Origin: an uncultured virus (IMG/VR IMGVR_UViG_3300021255_000111)
Lineage: Duplodnaviria; Heunggongvirae; Uroviricota; Caudoviricetes
DNA: 64,000 nt
Virus record (IMG/VR): IMGVR_UViG_3300021255_000111
Strand: one strand, 5' to 3'
Position 1 is the stretch's first letter. Every line of letters starts with the position of its first letter. Position numbers and translations under genes: made by a program. The notes under the pieces are model-generated. The model did not search any database. It was not told where the DNA came from and worked only from the letters and a program-made list of their open reading frames with translations. Positions 37,991-46,901 of the stretch are shown piece by piece.

Positions 37991-38699
37991 AGGCGGTACG
38001 GCCAGATTCAACGTTCTGGCCATCAGCAAGCGCAAGAGAGTTATCCGTATTTTCGGAGGCGAAGTCCCTTTGAAGTTGCACTCCCGAAACATTAGAAACA
38101 GACAAAAACAGGAACTTGAAAGCGGACGCAGGAAGTCGAGCCAACAAAGAGACATGAAAACTGTGTTGGGGCTTTTAGAACTGTGCAGGAACAGTCCGAA
38201 TATGTCACGCGAAAAGGTTTTGACAGGTTAAGTGACACCCAAAGACCACGTTACGGAGTACAGGGCATGGCAAGTGGAAAGGAATCACCTCTGCCTTTCC
38301 CTTTCCAGAAAAAGAACAGATAATATGGCACAGTCAAACGAAACGAAATGTCACCACACCAGAAGGGATGGCCGTAAGGTTATCTGGGAGTACATGGGAA
38401 TCACCATGCTTGAACCATCCAAGAAAGCAGGTAAAGACCCCTGCAAGAATTGTTGGGCGAAGGATCTGTGTGACAAGGATGAGTGTGGCCGCAAGTTATA
38501 TCCATTATTCGTAAACAAAGTGAAATGAGAAATAGAGTAAAGACAAGAACGGAATCATGGCTGATTCAGCAGATGTGGAACTGCCGTCAAGAAGCCAACC
38601 TGTACCAGACGGAGAGATTCAAGAACAATCCGTCTCGCTTTCTTGCTGCATCCTACATGCAGCGAAGCCAAGAGAACTACAGAGTACAATTAAGGCTCT

Positions 38700-38765
38700 A
38701 CAGAGGATTTTTAGCCTCTCGCCCTAATAACTACCCACACACAGAAAAATAACGTCTCAAAACGT
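38700..38765 (+). repeat. Short intergenic-type repeat, copy E2
   Basis: cgccctaataactacccac...aaaa..acgtctca; overlaps the end of a small ORF. Confidence 0.65.
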
Positions 38766-38833
38766 TTTATTTTGGCTCATCTTTTAGGTTGGATAGTGGG
38801 AATTTGAGAAATTCAAATAATTTTGGTTAAAAG

Positions 38834-38866
38834 TATTTGTTTTTCAAATAATTCTCACTATCTTTG
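38834..38866 (+). promoter_or_regulatory. Class II promoter of the portal operon
   Basis: TATTTGTTTTTCAAATA; TTTG-N19-TATCTTTG. Confidence 0.8.
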
Positions 38867-38894
38867 CGGCTGTAATTACAAAAATCTTTAAAAG

Positions 38895-40361
38895 ATGGGC
38901 GATATATCGAAAGTTATAAATTTCAAGAGCGAAGACAAGAACGCCATTGTTAACGCCTTGAAGCGGAAGTCTGTTAAGGTTGCAGACTGGGATGAATCAG
39001 TCAAGGACTATGAGCCTACCCTGCACAAGATTGTTAAGGACAATGAAGTGCTGAAGGATAAGATTCGTTCTGACGGTACTGTTGAGAAGTCTGCCAGAAT
39101 CTATGTTGGTCTGGAGAAGCTGTTGTGTAAACGTGTCTCTGAGTTCACCTTTGCCATTCCAGTAAAGCGTGTCTACTCGAACATCAACAATGAAGATGGC
39201 AAGCCGAATGACATTAGGCAGGCTATCGCAAAGGCTATCGAGGCAATCTACAAGAATGTCCGTATTGATTCCGTCAACTTGAAACGTGCTCTAAAATACT
39301 ATGCAGCCTGCGAGATTTTTACTGTATGGTATGCCGTCAAGAAGAAGAATACCCTGTATGGCTTTGATTCTAACTACAAGTTGAAGTGTAAGACTTACTC
39401 TCCAATGGACGGAGTTAAGTTATACCCTCTCATTGATGAGTTAGATGATATGCTCGCTATGTCCTTCGAGTACCATAAGAAGGATGCAAATGGTGAAGAT
39501 GTGGTGTTCTTTGAGACCTATACTGAAAATCGCCATTACATCTGGAAGCAGAACCTCTCTGGAGGCGGTTGGGAAGAAGTTCTGACCGAGGTAGGAGAAG
39601 AAGGAGAGCAGTCTGGTGAAGAGATTATCCTTATGAAGATTCCTGGTGTTTACGGCTACCGTAACGTTCCTGTCTATGACGGACTGACCAATCTCAGAGA
39701 GGAAATCGAATACACCCTGTCTCGTAACTCGAATGTTATTGCCTATAACTCTGCACCAGTCTTGAAAATATCTGGTGGTGTCAAAGGACAGGAGGATAAG
39801 GGCGAGAGCCGAAGGATATTCCGTACAGAGAACGGTGGCGATGTTGCCTACGTATCATGGCAGCAGGCTATCGAGGCATTGAAGTATCATGTTGATACCA
39901 TGCTCAAACTCTACTGGATGCAGGCTCAGATGCCAGACATTTCCTTCGACAACTTGAAGAGCCTTGGCAACATCGGATTTGATGCTCGCCAGACCCTTCT
40001 CACCGATGCCCACTTGAAGGTAGGTGATGAGGCAGGAGCATGGATAGAGTTCTTGGAGCGTGAATGTAATGTCGTTAAGGCATTCTTGAAAGCGATATGT
40101 CCTAAGGAGTGGGTTAATGAGATTGACAATGTTGACGTTGAACATATCCTCACTCCGTTTATTCAGAATGATGAACTGGCAGAGATTAACAAGCGTATGA
40201 AGGCTAATGGTGGCAAAGCCATCGAGAGCCAGTTGGAATCCATTCAGCGTTATGGCCAGTCTGATGACGCACAGGCCACCTTGGAACAGATACAGACAGA
40301 AGAGAAGGTTGCCACCGAGAATCGGGCAAACGCTTTCAGCCTTGGAGAACAAACAATGTAA
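38895..40361 (+). CDS. Portal protein (SPP1 gp6-like)
   Basis: 488 aa, between terminase and minor head/capsid genes; 'NVIAYNSAP', 'MPDISF'. Confidence 0.8.
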   Translation: MGDISKVINFKSEDKNAIVNALKRKSVKVADWDESVKDYEPTLHKIVKDNEVLKDKIRSDGTVEKSARIYVGLEKLLCKRVSEFTFAIPVKRVYSNINNEDGKPNDIRQAIAKAIEAIYKNVRIDSVNLKRALKYYAACEIFTVWYAVKKKNTLYGFDSNYKLKCKTYSPMDGVKLYPLIDELDDMLAMSFEYHKKDANGEDVVFFETYTENRHYIWKQNLSGGGWEEVLTEVGEEGEQSGEEIILMKIPGVYGYRNVPVYDGLTNLREEIEYTLSRNSNVIAYNSAPVLKISGGVKGQEDKGESRRIFRTENGGDVAYVSWQQAIEALKYHVDTMLKLYWMQAQMPDISFDNLKSLGNIGFDARQTLLTDAHLKVGDEAGAWIEFLERECNVVKAFLKAICPKEWVNEIDNVDVEHILTPFIQNDELAEINKRMKANGGKAIESQLESIQRYGQSDDAQATLEQIQTEEKVATENRANAFSLGEQTM

Positions 40362-40395
40362 GAGCAATGATATTGTTAAATTAAAACGATTGATT

Positions 40396-41574
40396 ATGAA
40401 TGTAAAGAACATCATTTCGATGGATGAACTGTCGTATGTGTCACGTCAGTCATTCACAGAGAAGATTGCCATCCAAAGACTGGCAACCTATGACACACAG
40501 TTACAGCAGAAACGTGACAACCTCGCACCTATCTCCGAAGCGCAGGCCAAGGAGATTAAGGATTTCTGGAGCAAGAAACTCATGTGGCATGACGGACTTC
40601 TGAATATGAAGTATTACGATGTCTATAATGCCGTTGAGCAGGACAGGTCAAAGTTGAAGCTGTATATCCCAGACAGTTTCTTCTATGCGTTCATTGATGA
40701 GTACTTCACCAATCCACAGCGCAGTACGGCTCTTGATGACAAGAATATGTATGACATGTACTTCCCGAACGTCAAGCGTCCAAAGACTATTGCACGTAAG
40801 GTTGACGATGTGTACTTGAATGAGAACTATGAGCCGATTTCTGTCGAGGACTTCATCAAAACCTGCAAGGAGCACAAAGAGGTCATCGTTAAGTCTGCCA
40901 TCGGATCGTGGGGAGGCCACGGTGTGAAGTTCTGGGATGCCGAGAAAGATAGCGTAGAGACCCTTCTGAACTACGTCTATACCCAGAATGCAGAGTATTT
41001 CAGAGGCTCATCTGTGTATAAGCAGTACATCGTACAGGAGGTATTCAAACAGCACAAGGACTTGGCAGACATCAATTCGAGCAGTGTCAACACCATCCGA
41101 GTGATGACCCTGTTCCGTAATGGAAAGGTCAAGGCTCTGTCATCAGTGCTTCGCATGGGTGTTGACGGCAGTCGTGTAGATAACTGCAGTAGCGGTGGTA
41201 TTGTTTGCGGCATCACAGAGGACGGCCACTTGAAGGAAGTTGCCTATGATGGAGCGGCCAACCGCTTCTACCGCCATCCGCAGGGTGTAGAGTTCAAAGG
41301 ACGTATTGTTCCGGCATACGCTGAGTGTGTTGCTCTGGCAGAGAAACTGGCGTACCGCTTCTATGGAGCCTCACGCCTAATCTCTTGGGATTTCGCTGTT
41401 GCGGAAGATGGAACGCCCACACTGATTGAAATGAATATCTCGTTTGGTGAGTTGGATTTCCATCAGTTGTGTAACGGACCTATCTTCGGTGATGACACAA
41501 AGGACATCATTGATGAGGTCTTTGACCACAGCCACACTTTAAAGGAAATCATTAAGTTGTACGATAAAGAGTAA
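40396..41574 (+). CDS. Sugar-transfer-associated ATP-grasp protein
   Basis: 'LDDKN', 'IVQE..KQH', 'SSVNTIRV', 'DNCSSGG', 'SWDFA', 'LIEMN'. Confidence 0.8.
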   Translation: MNVKNIISMDELSYVSRQSFTEKIAIQRLATYDTQLQQKRDNLAPISEAQAKEIKDFWSKKLMWHDGLLNMKYYDVYNAVEQDRSKLKLYIPDSFFYAFIDEYFTNPQRSTALDDKNMYDMYFPNVKRPKTIARKVDDVYLNENYEPISVEDFIKTCKEHKEVIVKSAIGSWGGHGVKFWDAEKDSVETLLNYVYTQNAEYFRGSSVYKQYIVQEVFKQHKDLADINSSSVNTIRVMTLFRNGKVKALSSVLRMGVDGSRVDNCSSGGIVCGITEDGHLKEVAYDGAANRFYRHPQGVEFKGRIVPAYAECVALAEKLAYRFYGASRLISWDFAVAEDGTPTLIEMNISFGELDFHQLCNGPIFGDDTKDIIDEVFDHSHTLKEIIKLYDKE

Positions 41575-41579
41575 CCAAT

Positions 41580-41957
41580 ATGAAAACATCACATAAGTTT
41601 CGTGTAAAGATTGCGAACATGCTTATCTCTCTGGCAATGTTGCTAACGCCTAAAGCCCAGAGAATGCTCATTCAGAAAATGGATAAGTATAAGGCACAGC
41701 AGATAGGAACCGCTTGGGGCTTGACCAAGAAGGACATCAACAAGTTCCTGGAGGCCAACCCAGACACGCCCAAGAAGGAGGCGAGGGAAGCCACCATCAA
41801 GGAGATTCTTGGTGAGCAACGTGAGGCCATCCTTAATACCGCTGCATCCCTCATCGAGTATCGGACGTACAACAAGCACGGCCAGACAATCATTGAATCA
41901 AGATTGAACGTCTATGTCCCCAAGGAAGCCGAAACCGATGCCGAGGCAGAAGCCTAA
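41580..41957 (+). CDS. Hypothetical protein
   Basis: Operon packing. Confidence 0.55.
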   Translation: MKTSHKFRVKIANMLISLAMLLTPKAQRMLIQKMDKYKAQQIGTAWGLTKKDINKFLEANPDTPKKEAREATIKEILGEQREAILNTAASLIEYRTYNKHGQTIIESRLNVYVPKEAETDAEAEA

Positions 41958-42130
41958 GCAGGATATAGGAAACCACAGGTGCGGAGAGTGTGCGAATGTA
42001 GTTGAAGAGACGAAGTTCCACACTCTCAACCTTAAAGGAGAACCGACAATGGGCAGATGCCCCCACTATAAGGAAGGAAAGTTCTGCGTACTGTTAAGTG
42101 ATAGAAGTTGCATCAATTTCAAGCCAAGAA

Positions 42131-42517
42131 ATGGAAACGAGTAAATACCCTGCCATCGCTTATGGCAAACTGACGTTTGAAGAGAGCCGCTACCAGAGAG
42201 GTGACAAGTGGTGGTATGCCTCCACCCTTCTACGTGCCTGCCATGAAGCAGAACTGGAGCCGTTCGAGTACCCTGTTGCCTGCTATGACATGGCAAACAA
42301 GTATTTCCCTCTGGATAATATGGATGATTTCGTCTGGCAGATGAAGCGGACGTTGGAAGCAGACTATGAGAACTACCCAATAATATTGGATGATTTAGGC
42401 CAGGTTGCCGATGGCAATCATCGCATCTGCCATGCCATTCTGGATGGTAAGACAAGCGTTCTCGCCTACAGGCTCCAGACGATGCCGGCACCAGACTTTA
42501 TAAAGGAAGAAAGTTAA
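42131..42517 (+). CDS. ParB/Srx-like small protein
   Basis: 'YPIILDDLGQVADGNHRI'. Confidence 0.7.
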   Translation: METSKYPAIAYGKLTFEESRYQRGDKWWYASTLLRACHEAELEPFEYPVACYDMANKYFPLDNMDDFVWQMKRTLEADYENYPIILDDLGQVADGNHRICHAILDGKTSVLAYRLQTMPAPDFIKEES

Positions 42518-44238
42518 TGGCAAGAGTAAGGACACCGAACCAGAAGAAAGCGTATAATGCTCTGAACAACCGACTGACACAGTACGTTAGTCAAGTTCAG
42601 AGCATCTATGATATGGCCAACAGGAGGATGGCAGAGATAGCCGCCTCTACTGGCTATGACGGAGAGGTGCCCTTCTCATTCAAAGACTACCCAGAGTTAG
42701 CCGAAGCTGTTAAAGACGTACAGGCTCAGTTTGTCAATGAGATTGGTACTACCATCATGCGTGGAACCTCAGAGGAATGGAGGCAGAGTAATCTCATACA
42801 GGACCTATTGGCCGATAAGGTCTTGAAGCACTATCGGGCGCAGGTACGAGGCAAGCGGTTCAAGCAGTATTACCAGACTAACAGCGAAGCCCTCAGAGCC
42901 TTCCAGACACGCAGGGAGCGAGGTTTGAACCTGTCTGATAAACTCTGGATGCAATCTGACCTCTACAGGCAGGAAATGGAGGTCGCTATCTCTACAGCCA
43001 TCGAGAAGGGAATGTCGGCTATAACGTTGTCAAAACGAATCTCACGTTATCTCTCAGACTACCCATCCCTAAAGCATGACTATTGGGAGAAATATGCCAA
43101 GGCAGCTGACTGTCACGATTGCGAGTACCGTTCCATCAGACTGGCACGCTCTGAAATCAATATGGCCTATCGCACTGCTGAGCAGGAGCGTTGGAAGCAG
43201 TTTGACTTCATCACAGGCTATGAGATAAAGTTGAGCGGTAGCCATCCAAGGTATGATATTTGTGATATACTGAAAGGGAAATACCCCAAGGATTTTGACT
43301 GGACTGGATGGCACCCGAATGACATGTGCTATGCCGTTCCTATCATCATGAGCGAGGATGAGTATTGGGACATGAAGGATGATGATGTGCGCCCTGCCGT
43401 CATTGAAGATGTGCCAGAAAACTTCAAGGATTATGTTCGTGACAATGAAAAACGAATCAAAGCCTATGCAAAGTCTGGAACGTCACCATATTGGCAGAGA
43501 GACAATAGTAAGTACCTGGAATCTGCATTAAAGCCATCGTTCAATATGACAGAAGATGCTATAGAGAATCTGAAAAGTTCCAGAGGATTTTCAGAAATAT
43601 TGTCAGCGGAAGATTATAATAAGTCTGCCATGAAGAGATTCAACCTCCCACGCTTTGATGACGTTTTCGAGGATATGTGTGACCGCTATGAGATAACCAT
43701 AAACAGTAAGAGGTGTTACCTATACAACGACATCGTTAGTCTCGAATATTTTGGCAAGTCAAGTTCTGGTGGAACTGTAGCACTGTTAAGGAACTTCAAG
43801 AAAGGTGACAATGGTATTGAGGCAGACCATGTAGTATTTAAACTCCCAGATGAGCTGCAGGGTAAGGGAATCTCTAAAGAGGTTTTCAGAAGTCTGTTTA
43901 CCGAGTATGAAGATATGCACCTCTCTCGCATCAACTTAACAGCCAATGCGACTGTTGGAGGCTATTGTTGGGCCAAGTATGGCTTCTGTGCAAACAAGTC
44001 TGATATTCTCCATATTGCAGAAGATATACGTCACAGAGGAAAAATCTCTTCTGTTGAGTATGATGAGGTAGTTACCATCATCAACATGGTCGAAGGAGAA
44101 ACCATGCCGATGAACCTTCTCGCACAACTGCCATACGCAAAGGACATGTTAAAGGGAGAAAATTGGATAGGTCACCTCAATTTCTCAGACAGGGAACAGG
44201 TGAAATATATGAAAGATTATATTGGATATTCCAGATAA
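42517..44238 (+). CDS. MuF/SPP1 gp7-like minor head protein with C-terminal GNAT-like extension
   Basis: 'RLARSEINMAY', 'DICD', 'WHPNDMC'; C-terminal 'LPDELQGKGISK...GGYCWAKYGF'. Confidence 0.75.
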   Translation: MARVRTPNQKKAYNALNNRLTQYVSQVQSIYDMANRRMAEIAASTGYDGEVPFSFKDYPELAEAVKDVQAQFVNEIGTTIMRGTSEEWRQSNLIQDLLADKVLKHYRAQVRGKRFKQYYQTNSEALRAFQTRRERGLNLSDKLWMQSDLYRQEMEVAISTAIEKGMSAITLSKRISRYLSDYPSLKHDYWEKYAKAADCHDCEYRSIRLARSEINMAYRTAEQERWKQFDFITGYEIKLSGSHPRYDICDILKGKYPKDFDWTGWHPNDMCYAVPIIMSEDEYWDMKDDDVRPAVIEDVPENFKDYVRDNEKRIKAYAKSGTSPYWQRDNSKYLESALKPSFNMTEDAIENLKSSRGFSEILSAEDYNKSAMKRFNLPRFDDVFEDMCDRYEITINSKRCYLYNDIVSLEYFGKSSSGGTVALLRNFKKGDNGIEADHVVFKLPDELQGKGISKEVFRSLFTEYEDMHLSRINLTANATVGGYCWAKYGFCANKSDILHIAEDIRHRGKISSVEYDEVVTIINMVEGETMPMNLLAQLPYAKDMLKGENWIGHLNFSDREQVKYMKDYIGYSR

Positions 44239-44255
44239 GTTAGTATCTTTGCAGC

Positions 44256-44474
44256 ATGAAGTTAAAGGAAGAACTGACAGAGAAAATGCACTCCGAGTTT
44301 TCGGTAAGTGACGAAACAGATCAGAAGCACCGTGCAGGAAGTGTCTGGAGGCTATTAGGCTACGAGGCATCCAGACAAGATGTTGAGCATTGGGCAAAGA
44401 GGTTTGGCACTACATACGAGAAATGTATGGAGTGGATGGCCTACTGGAGAAACCTCAGAGAAAATAGTAAATGA
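44256..44474 (+). CDS. Small protein, candidate immunity protein
   Basis: 72 aa directly after MuF; own TATCTTTG box at 44244-44251. Confidence 0.55.
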   Translation: MKLKEELTEKMHSEFSVSDETDQKHRAGSVWRLLGYEASRQDVEHWAKRFGTTYEKCMEWMAYWRNLRENSK

Positions 44475-44550
44475 CAAAAAGTTGAAAATTCTTACTGTTG
44501 TGAATATGGGTGCCAAGATGGATGCAGAAGTTCATTTTGACACCCTTTAA

Positions 44551-44700
44551 CTTTGTTGAGGCTCAGTTAAGTTAATGATTCGTTAAATCCTTCTCCTAAA
44601 GTTCTATAAAAGTTTATAATATTACCCCCTTTATACTTATCCACAAGCAAGAAAATCTGGCCACCTTGCGGATTTCGCAAAAACGTACAAAATTCTGTCA
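44551..44700 (+). repeat. Long intergenic repeat, copy D
   Basis: cagttaagttaa (44564)...ccctttatacttatccac...ggccaccttgcggatttcgc. Confidence 0.85.
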
Positions 44701-44732
44701 GAAATTATGAATCTGGCGTAAAAAGTCCAATC

Positions 44733-44846
44733 GTTAAACATTTGTAATGTGCTGAAAATAAATGATTTTCCGTTTTGATATTCAGAAATAAAGCAGTAAC
44801 TTTGCCAGAGCAATACAGCAATAAAATAACTTAAAAGAATTGAGCA
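44733..44846 (+). promoter_or_regulatory. Class I promoter cassette
   Basis: TTTG 44774, TAACTTTG 44797, ccagagcaat. Confidence 0.85.
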
Positions 44847-45185
44847 ATGAAATCGTACATTATCTATCAAGTAAACGATGAGACCAAGAATGGTCGTTAC
44901 ATCAAATTCATGGGTCTGGATTTCGTAAAGGATAATGACCTTTGCACTATGAGCGGTGACCTCTGCAAACTCGACAGCGACTTGTACAACAAAGTCTATG
45001 AGGGACAGACAGAGGTAGGTGAGGATGAGGAAGCCATCGTCACTCTTGAATACCTGTACATGAAGTTCCAAGGAGAGAAGCCAGAAGGTTACACTGGCCA
45101 CAGCCTTTCAGTATCAGACGTGGTAGTTCTGGACGGAACAGCCTACTACGTGGATGACTGCGGATTTGAGAAGATTGACTTTTAA
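44847..45185 (+). CDS. YodL-like domain protein
   Basis: 'YIIYQ', 'LEYLY.KF...P.GYTGHSLSVSDVVVL...YYVDDCGF'. Confidence 0.85.
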   Translation: MKSYIIYQVNDETKNGRYIKFMGLDFVKDNDLCTMSGDLCKLDSDLYNKVYEGQTEVGEDEEAIVTLEYLYMKFQGEKPEGYTGHSLSVSDVVVLDGTAYYVDDCGFEKIDF

Positions 45186-45196
45186 ATAGAAACGAT

Positions 45197-45502
45197 ATGA
45201 ATTACAGTCAGAAGAAAGTGCTTGACTACTACAAGCAGACCAAGGGAGAGTTCAACGTTTATTCTTTCAATCCAGAGACCAAGAAGAGAGATTCGGCCTA
45301 CCTCGGCCTTGACTGCCTCACCGCCTTCCAAGAAATGGTGAACAAGGCACAGCAGGGTTTCCTCATCCTCGTTCTTGACAACGAGGGTGAAGGATATGCC
45401 TCCAGATGGGAGATAGACAACAAGGAGCGTGTTAGTTACGACACCTGCAGGCAGTGGGCTGTTAAGACTTACGTGATGTCAAACGCTATATCTAAGATTT
45501 AA
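45197..45502 (+). CDS. Hypothetical protein
   Basis: Operon packing. Confidence 0.6.
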   Translation: MNYSQKKVLDYYKQTKGEFNVYSFNPETKKRDSAYLGLDCLTAFQEMVNKAQQGFLILVLDNEGEGYASRWEIDNKERVSYDTCRQWAVKTYVMSNAISKI

Positions 45503-45532
45503 GGAGAAAATTAACCATCAATATTAAGAGCA

Positions 45533-46030
45533 ATGAAAGAAGTCTTTTTTAACGATTTGGGCAATCTGTCAGAAAGAGATTGCAAGGCCATCCGAGATAT
45601 TATGGATGGTGTGAGTTACTACAAGTTTGATGTAAGCTGGTCGAACGTCAACGGCAACTGCCGGCTGATTGTCAAGACTGACTATCCGAAGGCTACTGAC
45701 GAAGATGTCAAGAACATGTTCATGCACGTCCTTGCCTGTAAGGCTGCAGGACTGGCACACCAGAAGAAGATTTTGGAAGAGTTCGCCACTCTCCATTATC
45801 AGCATCCAGAAGGTGTGGTTATGTATGAATGGTGTAATCGCCTGTTTTTCTACTTTGGTGACAGAGACAAGGCGCAGCAGGTTCTTGACCATCCAGAGTG
45901 TGGTATCTGTATCACCTGTACGGATCCAGACAACTGGCCAGTGGCCTCCATCCCTGTAGCCGGTATGCAGGAGGCTCTAACGAAATTCAGAGAGAAGGAA
46001 GTAGAAGTGTATTACGTAAGATTATATTGA
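45533..46030 (+). CDS. Hypothetical protein
   Basis: TAAGAGCA-ATG start. Confidence 0.65.
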   Translation: MKEVFFNDLGNLSERDCKAIRDIMDGVSYYKFDVSWSNVNGNCRLIVKTDYPKATDEDVKNMFMHVLACKAAGLAHQKKILEEFATLHYQHPEGVVMYEWCNRLFFYFGDRDKAQQVLDHPECGICITCTDPDNWPVASIPVAGMQEALTKFREKEVEVYYVRLY

Positions 46031-46221
46031 TTATGGGATTCTGTAGTAAGAAAGAAGAAGCCGTTTACAACTGGCTTGTAGAGAATGGAAGCGAGAAGGT
46101 TGCTATTGAGGTGACGAATATCCTTAACTCCAACCAGATTGATGACCTCTATGACGGTCTTGTTCATGATTTCGAGATTGAGGAAGAGGATGAGGACGAA
46201 GATGAGGATGACGAATAATAA

Positions 46222-46671
46222 ATGAATCTGACTATGGATAAGATATGTAAGAATTGTCAGCACTGGAAGCCTCTTACTGACAGTTGCAAGGTAGAAGGAT
46301 GCGCAAAGGGCCATGATGTCATTAGGACTACAGACCATTGCGATAATGATTTCCTGGCCGTTGAGCCTAAGAAGGTGTATCTCATTGAAGAGGGAGATTC
46401 CCACCTATCCAAAGCCAGTCGTGTTCTGATGGGTGTTTTCGACAGCAAGGACGAACTTGAAAAAGGTGCGAGGAAACTCATCACTGAGAGGGTGAAGGAT
46501 AATTTCTCTTCTTGGGAGTGGAGAGAGAAAGACTGTACAGAGGAAGAGGCCGTACAGGATTTCATCGACCACGAAGTGCAGGTGCTCATGGATGACTACC
46601 AGACGCACTACGGAAAGGTTCTGTTCCTTGTCAGCGAAGCAACACTGAATGAGGTTGAAGAGGTTCTATAG
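46222..46671 (+). CDS. Hypothetical protein with N-terminal CxxC motif
   Basis: Operon packing. Confidence 0.6.
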   Translation: MNLTMDKICKNCQHWKPLTDSCKVEGCAKGHDVIRTTDHCDNDFLAVEPKKVYLIEEGDSHLSKASRVLMGVFDSKDELEKGARKLITERVKDNFSSWEWREKDCTEEEAVQDFIDHEVQVLMDDYQTHYGKVLFLVSEATLNEVEEVL

Positions 46672-46677
46672 CAGGCG

Positions 46678-46762
46678 CACAAGGCGAAAACTCTGTTTTC
46701 CCTACCATCTACACCACCCAGAGTATAAAAACGTCTCAGCACGTCTGCAATCGGCCTCAAAC
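46678..46762 (+). repeat. Short intergenic repeat, copy E3 (diverged)
   Basis: ccctaccatctacaccacccagagtataaaaacgtctcagcacgtctgcaatcggcctcaaacg. Confidence 0.6.
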
Positions 46763-46796
46763 GTAAAATAATTACCAATCATCTATCTTAACCACC

Positions 46797-46836
46797 AAAG
46801 GAGCGGCAAGTTTTATGGCTTTTCGCTCCTTTTTTT
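46797..46836 (+). terminator. Rho-independent terminator of the YodL island
   Basis: aaaggagcg...cgctccttt plus T tract. Confidence 0.8.
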
Positions 46837-46864
46837 ATCCACAATTCAAAAAAAGTATTAAAAA

Positions 46865-46897
46865 TGTTTGTTATTCAAATAGAATTAACTATCTTTG
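46865..46897 (+). promoter_or_regulatory. Class II promoter of the head operon
   Basis: TTTGTTATTCAAATA; TTTG-N19-TATCTTTG. Confidence 0.8.
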
Positions 46898-46901
46898 CGA
46901 C

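Noticed and set aside
44637..44645. DnaA box TTATCCACA (also near 46835)
   Set aside because: Isolated; the equivalent position in the other repeat copies is not a DnaA box
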